Assembly: GCA_946411475.1 (NCBI GenBank)
Contig: CAMKED010000001.1
Coordinates: 1 to 62,035, forward strand
DNA length: 62,035 bases
Reading direction: 5' to 3'
DNA from: an uncultured Clostridia bacterium
GTDB lineage: Bacteria; Bacillota; Clostridia; Oscillospirales; Oscillospiraceae
Part shown: in pieces, positions 24,905-34,008 of the stretch
How positions within the stretch are numbered: position 1 is the stretch's first letter
How the letters are laid out: each line of letters starts with the position of its first letter
Notes under the pieces: generated by a model
What the model was told of the DNA's origin: nothing
The model's input: only the letters and a program-made list of their open reading frames with translations
Databases searched by the model: none
Made by a program: the position numbers and the translations under genes

Positions 24905-26782
24905 TCACGGAAGCTCCAGCGCTTCCTTCAAAAATGCGGCAATATCGGCCAAGGGGCTGTTCTTGTATTTTTGACGGAGTGGGTTTTTCAGGCCTGCGAT
25001 TGTCACCGCGTCCTGGAAGAAATACCGACCGTCGGCGCAGTCCAGCAGACGGTAGAAGGCGGCAACGCCTGCGCCGGGTTTCCCGGCCTCTTTTTGGCAG
25101 ATCTGCAGGCTCGCAACCGCAGAGATGGGATAGCTGATGACGTAGCCGGGGTTATCAAAAAAGTAGAGATCCCGGACCCAACTCATCGGCCGGATCGCGT
25201 CGGCATAGGGGACCCGGTGCCCGTCGTTCAGACAGCACTGCTCGTAGATTTCGTCCAGCTTCTCCAGCGTGAGCGTTTCCGGATCCTCGGAATAGACCCG
25301 CAGTTCAAAGTCGGCGTAAGTGCAGCGCTCTATGATCCGCTCCAGCAGAAGCTCCGCCAGCGACATGCGGAGGGCTTCAGCCTTTTCCTCCTCCGGCAGC
25401 GCCGCGTTGGCCAGAGCCAGGTATACCATCGCCTGAGAAAAGGTTTCCGTTGTTTCTGTGTCGTCATACATCCCGTAATGCACAAAGCAATCGACAAAGT
25501 GACCGAATTCGTGGGATATGGAGCCGTAGACGTCCCGGTACTTCAAGGGATTGATGAAGATGATGGGCGCCTCATATTCTGTCAGATAGGTCACAAAGCT
25601 GTAATCCCGCTTTTCCGGCGTCGGGCTGAGATCGTACAGCTCGTAGGCAGACAGGAAGCGGCAGGCGTCCCAAATGGGACCGCCCATTTGCTCCGCCGCG
25701 GTAGAAAGCAGGGCGATGGGGTCCTCATTCAGCGTGTCGGAATACCCCAGATGGAAATTCGGATCCCGCTCATACAGCGCGTTCGCCACCGGGACGAGAT
25801 TGTGGCGAACGTCGGAGAGAAAGAGCTCTGCGTCTTCCGGGGTATAATCTCTGCCGAAGCTGTCATAAATGAAGTCAATGTAGTTTTCATAGCCCGAAGC
25901 CGCGGCAAGCTGCTGACGCACGCGAACGATCTCCAGATAGAGCGCGCCGATTTCGTCGTGGTACTGCTCTATGTAGGCGCTGTACGCAGCGTCTCGAATC
26001 TCGACGGAATCAGATTTCTTCCACTCGTTGAGCAGCTTCGTTTCGCCCGCATAGGTCACGGAGGGGGCGCTGATCAGCGCGTGGTATTGCTCCAGCAGCT
26101 TGCTTTCCTGCTGCTGAAGCTCCAGATATTCGGCGCCGCCGTCCGGATTGTAATTTGCATAGTAGTCGAAGTAGAAACCGTCATATTCCCGTTCCAGTAT
26201 GGAGCGGCAGGGAGAGGCGGCGAAGGCTTGCATCAGTGCGGCATACTTATCCGACAGGAGATTGCTCTGTGCTACACAGTAGTTGTATTCCACCTCATAG
26301 TAACTGTCGGTGGTATTCAAAGCGTTGCGGAAGGCGGCGAGGGTATACATGGAGTCAAACTGCATCTGACGGTATTCCAGGTCGAAATAAGCGGCAAGCA
26401 GGGCGTCTGTGTCGAGGCTCGTCTTTGCCCGCTCGATCAGCGCGTCATAGTCCGCGATCAACTGTTCGGCGTCCTGGTGAACGTAGGGCATCTCGGCCAG
26501 CCGCAGCATGGAGATTTTTTCTCCTCTGTGTTCGGGACCGTAATCCCAGTTGGGCCGATAACGAACCAGACCTTCGTCGTTTTCCGGCGCAGCGGTCTCT
26601 GCTGCGGCCGTTGCGGCTTCCGCCGTGCCTGTTTCGGCGGTGCTGCCTGGCTGAGAACTGCTTTCCTCTGCGACTCGCGCAGCAGTGGTGCTTGTGCCGG
26701 CGGGACTGTCGGCGCAGCCGGCAAAGAGACTGAGCAGCAGCACGGCTGCCAGCAGCAGGGCGGTGATTCGGCTTTGTTTCAT
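24905..26782 (-). CDS. Secreted lipoprotein zinc metallopeptidase (HEFGH motif, PepF/M3-like)
   Basis: 625 aa with a lipobox LLSLFAGC, a Ser/Thr/Ala-rich linker and the HExxH motif ISHEFGHFVDCF. Confidence 0.6.
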   Translation of the reverse strand: MKQSRITALLLAAVLLLSLFAGCADSPAGTSTTAARVAEESSSQPGSTAETGTAEAATAAAETAAPENDEGLVRYRPNWDYGPEHRGEKISMLRLAEMPYVHQDAEQLIADYDALIERAKTSLDTDALLAAYFDLEYRQMQFDSMYTLAAFRNALNTTDSYYEVEYNYCVAQSNLLSDKYAALMQAFAASPCRSILEREYDGFYFDYYANYNPDGGAEYLELQQQESKLLEQYHALISAPSVTYAGETKLLNEWKKSDSVEIRDAAYSAYIEQYHDEIGALYLEIVRVRQQLAAASGYENYIDFIYDSFGRDYTPEDAELFLSDVRHNLVPVANALYERDPNFHLGYSDTLNEDPIALLSTAAEQMGGPIWDACRFLSAYELYDLSPTPEKRDYSFVTYLTEYEAPIIFINPLKYRDVYGSISHEFGHFVDCFVHYGMYDDTETTETFSQAMVYLALANAALPEEEKAEALRMSLAELLLERIIERCTYADFELRVYSEDPETLTLEKLDEIYEQCCLNDGHRVPYADAIRPMSWVRDLYFFDNPGYVISYPISAVASLQICQKEAGKPGAGVAAFYRLLDCADGRYFFQDAVTIAGLKNPLRQKYKNSPLADIAAFLKEALELP

Positions 26783-26856
26783 GTTGATCGTTTCCTTTCC
26801 GTTTATGAATTACGGCAGCTCCGTGCAGAATTGCGGAAAGACCCCGGTTCTCGGCG

Positions 26857-28662
26857 TCAGTTCATATGGAAGGCGTCTTTCAGGAATGCTGCGGTCTTTT
26901 CCAGGGTAGCTTCCTCAAATGGACTGTCCAGGCCAACCTCTTCAAGAACCGCGGCGAATTTCTTTCCGTGTGTGCGATTCAGCAGACGGCAGAAGGCGTC
27001 GACGCCTGCGCCGGGATTCTCCGCTTCCAGCCGGCAGATCTGCAAAGCAGTGACCGCAGAGTCGGAATAGCTGATGACGTAGCCGGGGTAAGCAAAGAAA
27101 TGCAGGTAGGCGCTCCAATAGTTGCTTTTAAAACGCACGCCGGAAACACCGGAAATGCCGAAATCCTTCATACACTGCCCGAATATGGCGTCGAGATGTT
27201 CCACGGTCAGCTCCTCCGGCGCAAGCGCGTAAACCTGCAGCTCAAAGTCCGCATAGGCACCCTCCTGAAGGATGGCGTAAACCAGTAGATCCGACACAGT
27301 CGCTCGGAGGTTCGAAGCCCGCGCATCATCCGAGAACGGATCGGCATAGGCAAACGCCAGATACTGCATCGCCTGAGAATAGGTCTCTCCGGTTTCATGG
27401 TCCCCGATACTGCCGTAATTGTAATAATAATCGGTAAAATGTCCGAATTCATGGAACAGCGTGATGACCAGATCTTTTGAAGAGGGATCTACGAAAAGAA
27501 AGGGCGCCTCATAGTTCCCGAGATAGCTTGTATAGCCGGTGCCCATTTTGTTCCGCGAGTAAGAGACGTCATACAGCTCGTGGCCGGACATGAACCGGAA
27601 GGCCTCCCAAATGGGGCCGCCCATCCGTTCCGCGGCAGCGGAAAGGTAATCCACAGACTTTGACTCATCCCAGTAGGAATAGTACGAATACGGACCGGCT
27701 ATGTTGGGGTTTTTCATCAGCGGAGCAAGGAAGTCTTTGACGCAGGCCAGATACTCACGCGCCTGAGCGGGTGTATAATCCCGCTTGAAGCTGCAGGCAT
27801 AGCTGTAATCCATGTAGTTCTCATAGCCCTTTGCTTCGGCAATCTTTTGGCGGAGCTTGACAAGCTCGATAAAAATCTGACCGGAGGCCTCGTGGTTCTT
27901 CTCAATATCCTGGGGGTTGGTATAATCGGCTGTCGACGCCAGCGCATAGTATTGGGCAAGCAGATCGTTTTCCTGCTTCAGCAGGTCGAGGTAGCTCTCG
28001 TCTCCGACGTTGAAATTGTCATAGTCCAGGAAGAATCCTTCGCCGAAATACGCCTTTTCCAGCTCGTCCCGGCAGGGAGAGGCGGCGAAGGCGGCATAGA
28101 GCGCGTTTTCCTTTTCCTCTGCAATATCTCCTTGCTCCTCGCAGTAATCGTATTCATCGGCAAAATAGCTGTCATTCATGTCCATGCTATAATGGAAGTA
28201 CGCCAGGGAACACATCGTTGTGAAGTTGCTGATTTGCACGGCAATCGGGTAATAGTCGGTCAAAAGCGCTTCCGCGTCGCTGCACCCGGGGACCTTCTCC
28301 GTGAGCGCCTCAAGATCGGCAATCAGCTTATCCGCGTCCGGGCGGATGTACTCCATCTCGGAAAGCTTCGGGATCGTCAGGGGCTCCTCCGGCAGGAATC
28401 TCAGATCCCCGCCATTCTGCATTCGAACCGGAATTTCAAAGTCGAACGTGGATTCTTCGGTCTCCCGGACGGTAGCTTCCTGCGAGACGGTCGAAGAATC
28501 CGCCGGGACTGTTTCGGAGGAGCCGGCGGGCTGAGAACTGCTTTTTTCTGTGATTCGCGCAGCGGTGGTGCTTGTGCCGGCGGGAGCGTCCGCGCAGCCT
28601 GCAAAGAGACTGAGCAGGAGGATTACGGACAGTAGCAGGGCAAAAATTCGTACGGGTTTCAT
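26857..28662 (-). CDS. Secreted lipoprotein zinc metallopeptidase, tandem paralog
   Basis: 601 aa with the same lipobox (LLSLFAGC) and the motif LFHEFGHFTDYY. Confidence 0.6.
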   Translation of the reverse strand: MKPVRIFALLLSVILLLSLFAGCADAPAGTSTTAARITEKSSSQPAGSSETVPADSSTVSQEATVRETEESTFDFEIPVRMQNGGDLRFLPEEPLTIPKLSEMEYIRPDADKLIADLEALTEKVPGCSDAEALLTDYYPIAVQISNFTTMCSLAYFHYSMDMNDSYFADEYDYCEEQGDIAEEKENALYAAFAASPCRDELEKAYFGEGFFLDYDNFNVGDESYLDLLKQENDLLAQYYALASTADYTNPQDIEKNHEASGQIFIELVKLRQKIAEAKGYENYMDYSYACSFKRDYTPAQAREYLACVKDFLAPLMKNPNIAGPYSYYSYWDESKSVDYLSAAAERMGGPIWEAFRFMSGHELYDVSYSRNKMGTGYTSYLGNYEAPFLFVDPSSKDLVITLFHEFGHFTDYYYNYGSIGDHETGETYSQAMQYLAFAYADPFSDDARASNLRATVSDLLVYAILQEGAYADFELQVYALAPEELTVEHLDAIFGQCMKDFGISGVSGVRFKSNYWSAYLHFFAYPGYVISYSDSAVTALQICRLEAENPGAGVDAFCRLLNRTHGKKFAAVLEEVGLDSPFEEATLEKTAAFLKDAFHMN

Positions 28663-28884
28663 GTTGAACCTCTCCTTTTTGTTGTTTGATCGCGAGAATC
28701 GGGATCATCTGTCCGTTAATGTCAAATATTAAGGAATTGTTACACAATTTTATCACATTTTTTAAAGCAATGCAATATTATTTTCGGCGTCATCGGATCG
28801 TTCTATGCAGAAAAGCTTCCCGGTTTTTCTTGCTTTTTTTCGGCCGCTATGGTATGATAGGAAAGATGGAAAGGAGGGGACGAC

Positions 28885-30504
28885 ATGGAAAACAGACCGG
28901 CGTCTTTCTGGCGGAGCCGGCTTCCCGGGCCGGTGCTTGCGGCGGCGGTGGGCTGTTTTTTTGCGGGCTTCTTTGCCCATGTGTTTGCCTTTACGAACAT
29001 CCTTCCAAACTCAGACGGCGTCTCCCGGGTGTTTGACGCGCAGCAGATGACCGTCTCCGGACGCTGGTTTTTGCACTACGCCTCCGCCTGGAACGGATAT
29101 CTCCAGGCGCCCGCGGTCATTGGCTTTTTTGCCCTTCTGTTTTTGTCTGTTTCCGCCGGCCTGACGGCGTCTGTACTCCGGCTGCGGAGCCTTGGCCTGA
29201 GCGCCCTGTGCGGCGCGCTGCTGTCCGTCTTCCCGTCGGTCGCCTACACCTTCCTCTATCTGTTCACAGCCTCCGCCTACTGCTTCGGCATCCTGCTGGC
29301 AGTGTTGTCGGTCTGGCTGGTTTCCCGTTACAAATACGGTTTTCTGTTTGCCGCGCCGGTGCTGGCCTGCGCCGTGGGCACCTACCAGGCCTATCTTGCC
29401 GTGGCGGCCGCCCTGTCCCTGATCTGCGTGCTGCTCTATGCCCTGGAGGGCGAGCGGAGCGCCGGGGAGATCTTCCGCTGCGCTCTCAAGTATCTGACGT
29501 TCCTTGTGCTCGGCGTCGGCCTGTATGCGCTGATTCTGTGGGTCTTCCTGCAAGTCAAGGACCTGAGCCTGCTGGACTACAAGGGCATATCGTCCTTCGG
29601 GAAGGAGCTGCGCCTCGGGACGCTTCTGGAATCGATCGGGGCTGCCTATCGGAACTTCCTGCGCTACTTCTTTGTTCCGCGCAGCTTTGCCAACTACACC
29701 ACGCCCGCAGCAGTTGCGGGCAACGCCCTGCTCCTGCTGACGGCGCTCTGGGCCTTTGTCCGTGTCGTGCGCCGTGTGGGCTTCCGGCGGCGGCCCGGGG
29801 CTTTTGCGCTGACGCTGCTCCTCTGCGCGCTGCTTCCGCTGGCCCTGAATCTGACGGTCCTGATGGGAGAAGCCATGCCGATCATGCGCTATTCGCTGGT
29901 GCTGACCTACGTGCTGGCCCTGAGCCTGGTGGACCGCGCCGCGCCGGAGGAAAGCAAAAAACCTGCGGGCAAGAAAAAGCAGAAGCCCACGAAACGGACG
30001 CCCTGGCTGCACGGAGCAGCCTGCTGCGCGGCGGGGCTGCTGCTGATCCTCAGCTTTCAGATCGACAATCTGGCCTACACCGTCTCTGCGCAGGCGCACC
30101 GGGCCACGGAATCCTTTGCGACCCGTCTGGTGGAGCGGGTGGAATCCACCCCCGGTTATCGAAACGGGATGGAGGTCGTCATCATCGGCGGCTTCCCGTC
30201 AAACGTGTATTACAGTGAGATCGAAGCCTTTTCTCTTGTGGAGGATTACAGCAATCTTTCCAGCTCGGTCATCCCGCTGAACAAGCACGTCTACTATTAT
30301 CTTAACGACTGGATGAACGTGCCCTGGAAGACCCCGAGTGAGGAAAAGCTGCAAGCGGTGTCCGACAGCGCACAGTTTCAGGCCATGCCCCTCTATCCGG
30401 ACGACGGCAGCGTCGTGATCGCGGACGGAAGGGTCATCGTCAAGCTGGCCTCCCGATATACACCGAAAAAGGCGTACGAAATCGCCTATGAAAACCGAAG
30501 ATAA
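28885..30504 (+). CDS. Polytopic membrane protein, glucosyltransferase GtrII-like family (tentative)
   Basis: 539 aa with about 10 TM segments and a soluble C-terminal domain. The N-terminus (...FAFTNILPNSDGVSRVF...VSGRWFL) resembles Glucos_trans_II proteins from memory only. Confidence 0.5.
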   Translation: MENRPASFWRSRLPGPVLAAAVGCFFAGFFAHVFAFTNILPNSDGVSRVFDAQQMTVSGRWFLHYASAWNGYLQAPAVIGFFALLFLSVSAGLTASVLRLRSLGLSALCGALLSVFPSVAYTFLYLFTASAYCFGILLAVLSVWLVSRYKYGFLFAAPVLACAVGTYQAYLAVAAALSLICVLLYALEGERSAGEIFRCALKYLTFLVLGVGLYALILWVFLQVKDLSLLDYKGISSFGKELRLGTLLESIGAAYRNFLRYFFVPRSFANYTTPAAVAGNALLLLTALWAFVRVVRRVGFRRRPGAFALTLLLCALLPLALNLTVLMGEAMPIMRYSLVLTYVLALSLVDRAAPEESKKPAGKKKQKPTKRTPWLHGAACCAAGLLLILSFQIDNLAYTVSAQAHRATESFATRLVERVESTPGYRNGMEVVIIGGFPSNVYYSEIEAFSLVEDYSNLSSSVIPLNKHVYYYLNDWMNVPWKTPSEEKLQAVSDSAQFQAMPLYPDDGSVVIADGRVIVKLASRYTPKKAYEIAYENRR

Positions 30505-30553
30505 AGCGAACTGCCTGCGGGCAGTCGGCGCATAAGAAAGGAATCATACGAAA

Positions 30554-30778
30554 ATGGACATTCATGAACGCTTTGTGCTCCAGGACTGCCCCCATTGCGG
30601 CGGCGCAGGTATGTTGGAGGAAGAGAACGGCTGGTGCGTCTACGCTGTCTGTATGGACTGTGGCTGCCAGACCGCGCCGTTTGAATATCGCACCCCCGCC
30701 GAGCGGGAGAAGGCCGCCGAAACGGCAGCCATGCTCTGGAACGTCGGCAAAGTGATCCGCCAGGAGAACGGCGAATAA
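30554..30778 (+). CDS. Small zinc-ribbon protein, Lar (restriction alleviation) family-like
   Basis: 74 aa. CPHCGG...CMDCGC together with C-terminal ...AAMLWN resembles Lar-family proteins. The assignment is tentative. Confidence 0.45.
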   Translation: MDIHERFVLQDCPHCGGAGMLEEENGWCVYAVCMDCGCQTAPFEYRTPAEREKAAETAAMLWNVGKVIRQENGE

Positions 30779-30809
30779 CGAGTGAGAAATAAAAAAGGAG
30801 GTTAATTCC

Positions 30810-32141
30810 ATGAAAACCAATACTGCGGTCAAAGGTCTCATTGATTTTCTGAGCAAGAGCCCCTCTGCGTTCCATGCAGTCGAGAATTTGCGGCAAATGC
30901 TGCTGGCGGACGGTTTTGCTGAGCTGCCCGAGAGCCGTCGTTGGGACGTTAAGCCCGGCGGTCGCTATTTCACCACCCGCAACGGCTCCAGCATCCTGGC
31001 CTTCCGCGTGGGCACCGAGCTCTCCGAGCCCTGCTTCACTCTGACTGCCTCTCATTCCGATTCTCCCTGCTTCAAGATCAAGGAGAACGCTGAGCTGCGC
31101 GTCCGCGACAAGTACGTCCAGCTCAATACCGAGGGCTACGGCGGCATGATCTGCTCCACCTGGATGGACCGGCCGCTCGGCGTGGCGGGCCGCGTCCTGG
31201 TGCGGGTCAAGACGGAGGCAGGGGAGCGCTACGAGACCCGGCTTCTCGACTTTGACCGCGATCTGGTCCTGATCCCCAATATGGCCATCCACATGAACCG
31301 CAAGATCAACGACGGCTATACCTTCAACAGGCAGATCGACATGGTCCCGCTCTTCGGCTCCGGCAAGCTGAAAAAGGGTGCGTTCAAGGCCATGATTGCC
31401 AAGGAACTCGGCGTGGCCGAGGCGGATATCCTGGGCTCCGATCTCTTCCTGTATAACCGCATGGCGCCCACCGTCTGGGGTGCGGAAAATGAATACGTCT
31501 CCGCCGGCCGTCTGGACGATCTGGAATGCGCCTACGGCACGTTGCGCGGCTTCCTGCAGGGCAAGAACGAGAAGACCATCCAGGTCTGGTGCTGCTTTGA
31601 CAACGAAGAAGTCGGCTCCGGCACCAAGCAGGGCGCAGATTCCACCATGCTGGAGGACGTGCTGCGCCGCATTGCCAACGGCCTGGGTTTCGACGATGAG
31701 GACTACCGCTGCATGACCGCCCGGAGCTTCATGCTCTCCTGCGACAATGCCCATGCGGTCCACCCCAACCACCCGGAGAAGACCGACGCCACCAACTGCA
31801 CGTTCATGAACGAGGGCATCGTAGTCAAGGCCCATGCCGGACAGAAGTACACCTCCGACGCAGTCTCCGTGGCCCTGTTCCGCGGCGTTTGCGAGAAGGC
31901 CGGCGTGCCGGTCCAGTTCTTTGCCAACCGTTCCGACGAGAACGGCGGCTCTACGCTGGGCAATATCGCGATGGCGCACGTGTCCATGAATACCGTCGAT
32001 CTCGGTCTGCCCCAGCTTGCCATGCACAGCAGCTACGAGACCGCGGGCGTGCAGGATCTGAAATACCTCGAAACTGCCAGCGCGGCCTTCTACGGCACGC
32101 ACTTTACGGCAGACGGCAAGGGCGGCTTCGCGGCTGAATGA
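30810..32141 (+). CDS. M18 family aminopeptidase
   Basis: 443 aa. The translation shows ...LIDFLSKSPSAFHAVENL..., ...TASHSDSPCFKIKE... and ...DNEEVGS... Confidence 0.88.
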   Translation: MKTNTAVKGLIDFLSKSPSAFHAVENLRQMLLADGFAELPESRRWDVKPGGRYFTTRNGSSILAFRVGTELSEPCFTLTASHSDSPCFKIKENAELRVRDKYVQLNTEGYGGMICSTWMDRPLGVAGRVLVRVKTEAGERYETRLLDFDRDLVLIPNMAIHMNRKINDGYTFNRQIDMVPLFGSGKLKKGAFKAMIAKELGVAEADILGSDLFLYNRMAPTVWGAENEYVSAGRLDDLECAYGTLRGFLQGKNEKTIQVWCCFDNEEVGSGTKQGADSTMLEDVLRRIANGLGFDDEDYRCMTARSFMLSCDNAHAVHPNHPEKTDATNCTFMNEGIVVKAHAGQKYTSDAVSVALFRGVCEKAGVPVQFFANRSDENGGSTLGNIAMAHVSMNTVDLGLPQLAMHSSYETAGVQDLKYLETASAAFYGTHFTADGKGGFAAE

Positions 32142-32323
32142 AGTATTTGCTTGCGCAAATATGAAGTATGCTTCGCATTTGAAGTGTGCTCCGCACATGA
32201 AGTATGGCTGCGCCATATCTCTCGCGCGTCCAAATATGCGCGGCAGCGCATACTTCATATCCGCGCCGGCGGGTACTTCATATTCCGCAGGAATACTTCA
32301 TATCGCCGCCAGGCGATACTTCA
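32139..32323. repeat. Inverted doublet of GAAGTAT mini-hairpin modules (4 forward + 4 reverse units)
   Basis: TGAAGTAT/TGAAGTGT occurs at 32139, 32162, 32180 and 32198, and ATACTTCA/GTACTTCA at 32250, 32273, 32293 and 32316. The first unit contains the stop TGA of the M18 gene. Confidence 0.9.
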
Positions 32324-32344
32324 TCCAACCACAGGAGGCTGCCG

Positions 32345-33145
32345 ATGTTCCAAAAGCTTACTGATACGTCATATGCCGTCTCCGCCTGGTCCGGCGGGAC
32401 GACGACGCAGCTTGCAATTTTTCCGCCGGAGGCAAAGTATGCCGACCGGGACTTCCTTTGGCGGGTCAGCTCTGCCACGGTGGATCTGGAGGAATCGGAC
32501 TTCACCGCCCTGCCGGACTATGACCGCCTGATCGCCACCCTGCAGGGGGAGATCGTACTGACCCACAACGGCGGCGCGCCGATAAAGCTTCACCCTTTCG
32601 AGGTCCACGCCTTTTCCGGTGCGGACGCGACGCACAGCGTCGGCTGCTGCACGGACTTCAACCTGATGCTCCGCCGCGGCCGCGCCGCCGGAACCATGGA
32701 GGCTTTGCGTCTGACGGACGCACCGACCCGCCTCTCCGTAGGGACAAGCATTGCTTGTCCGAAAACCTCCCCTGCAAGCAGGGGAGGAGGAGCGCCGCAG
32801 CGCGGCGCGGAGGAGGGGTGCCTCCCGCCCGAGGTACCAACTGCCCCCGCTGTAGGGACAAGCATTGCTTGTCCGCCCAATGCCTCTGAAGAGACGCTGC
32901 TTCTCTACTGCGCAGAGGGTTCCTGCACCGCAACCGTAGGGGCGGTTGAAACCTCCCCTGCAAGCAGGGGAGGTGGAGCGCCGCAGCGCGGCGCGGAGGA
33001 GGGGTGTTGCCCGCAACCCGCAGCGGCTATCCCCGTCTCCCTCCGCGCAGGCGAAACCCTCCTGCTGACTGCCCCCGCAGCGCTGACCTTCACCGGCGAG
33101 GCCACCCTCATGCTCTGCCGGATCCGGACTGACAACAAAACGTAA
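32345..33145 (+). CDS. HutD/Ves family protein carrying two in-frame repeat-derived insertions
   Basis: The ATG at 32345 follows caggagg. It shows HutD-like sequence (SAWSGGTTTQLAIFPPEAKYADRDFLWRVSSATVDLEESDFTALPDYDRLIATLQGE). At 266 aa it is longer than the ~185 aa usual for the family. The extra ~80 aa map exactly onto repeat units at 32736-33010. Confidence 0.7.
   Translation: MFQKLTDTSYAVSAWSGGTTTQLAIFPPEAKYADRDFLWRVSSATVDLEESDFTALPDYDRLIATLQGEIVLTHNGGAPIKLHPFEVHAFSGADATHSVGCCTDFNLMLRRGRAAGTMEALRLTDAPTRLSVGTSIACPKTSPASRGGGAPQRGAEEGCLPPEVPTAPAVGTSIACPPNASEETLLLYCAEGSCTATVGAVETSPASRGGGAPQRGAEEGCCPQPAAAIPVSLRAGETLLLTAPAALTFTGEATLMLCRIRTDNKT
32736..33010. repeat. Intragenic repeat units inside the hutD-like ORF
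   Basis: GTAGGGACAAGCATTGCTTGTCC occurs at 32738 and 32852. CCTCCCCTGCAAGCAGGGGAGG + GAGCGCCGCAGCGCGGCGCGGAGGAGGGGTG occurs at 32767-32820 and 32952-33006. A GTAGGGGCGG head lies at 32936. Confidence 0.9.
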
Positions 33146-33146
33146 T

Positions 33147-33195
33147 CATAATAATATGGGGACAAACCTGTGCGGTTTGTCCCCATATTATTATG
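33147..33195. terminator. Long perfect hairpin between convergent genes (bidirectional terminator candidate)
   Basis: CATAATAATATGGGGACAAACC-tgtgc-GGTTTGTCCCCATATTATTATG forms a 22-bp perfect stem. It marks the left border of a lower-GC segment. Confidence 0.7.
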
Positions 33196-33958
33196 GCTGA
33201 GATATTTTTTCAAGACACGCAAGCATTTTTCCGGCACAACGAAGATCGACTTCTGCGTAATAATCTGCCTCGGCATCTGTGAACGCACTTTCATCCATGG
33301 CATCAAACTTTGCTGTCATTTCTATTTCTTTTTGTACTAAGGCAGTGTACGTTGCAAGCTGGGAAGTATCACTTGCGTCATAGCTTTCCATGAATGCGCA
33401 GTAAGAATCGATAAACTCCTCATAACTGTCAATAGCTTCTTTGACTTCGGGGCGTATGATACTTTGATCTATACCGGTATCAGTCAAAGTTGCCTTTTCC
33501 GTTTCCTGCTCTTTTTCTGCGGTTGTAGATTCTGGCACGCTTGTTGCTGCAGTTGTTTTGCTTCCGGTGCTTTCCCTTGGAACTGCGCGAGTTTCGGCTG
33601 TGCGAGATTCCGTTGCTACAACCGGCGTAGTTCTATCGTTAGAAGATGAACGGGAAGTTGAATTGGAGCCAGAACCGGAGCCTCTGGATTTGACGGCCGC
33701 AACGATGATAATGACGAGAACGATAATGAACCATGGCTTCTGGGTGATCGATTTCTTCGTTTTTTCTGCTTTCTTTGAACGATTCAGTTCAACGGGCTTC
33801 GAGAAAATACTTGCTTTCGAGGGTTGACCCTGCGCATAGTTAGCGCCAGTTTGCTGCTGGCCTTGCGCGGTGTTGGCAGACTGATAGATTTGCGCTCCAC
33901 ATTTCGGACAGAATTTCGTGCCGTCTTGGACGGCGGTTCTGCAATTTGGACAGTACAT
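33191..33958 (-). CDS. Zinc-ribbon membrane protein, unknown function
   Basis: 255 aa. The N-terminus has CPNC...CPKC, followed by a Q-rich region, one TM segment (WFIIVLVIIIVAAV), an S/T-rich linker and a helical C-terminal domain. Confidence 0.6.
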   Translation of the reverse strand: MYCPNCRTAVQDGTKFCPKCGAQIYQSANTAQGQQQTGANYAQGQPSKASIFSKPVELNRSKKAEKTKKSITQKPWFIIVLVIIIVAAVKSRGSGSGSNSTSRSSSNDRTTPVVATESRTAETRAVPRESTGSKTTAATSVPESTTAEKEQETEKATLTDTGIDQSIIRPEVKEAIDSYEEFIDSYCAFMESYDASDTSQLATYTALVQKEIEMTAKFDAMDESAFTDAEADYYAEVDLRCAGKMLACLEKISQP

Positions 33959-34008
33959 TTTTAACGATCCCTTCTATACTCTTTTTATAAGTGCTTTTCC
34001 TGCACGTT

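Noticed and set aside
24866-27070. A 734-aa ORF on the plus strand.
   Set aside because: It is antisense to the two lipoprotein metallopeptidase genes, which have signal peptides and HExxH motifs. It is a shadow ORF.
30486-32258. A 590-aa ORF on the minus strand.
   Set aside because: It is antisense to the M18 aminopeptidase and the Lar-like gene. It has no motifs and is a shadow ORF.
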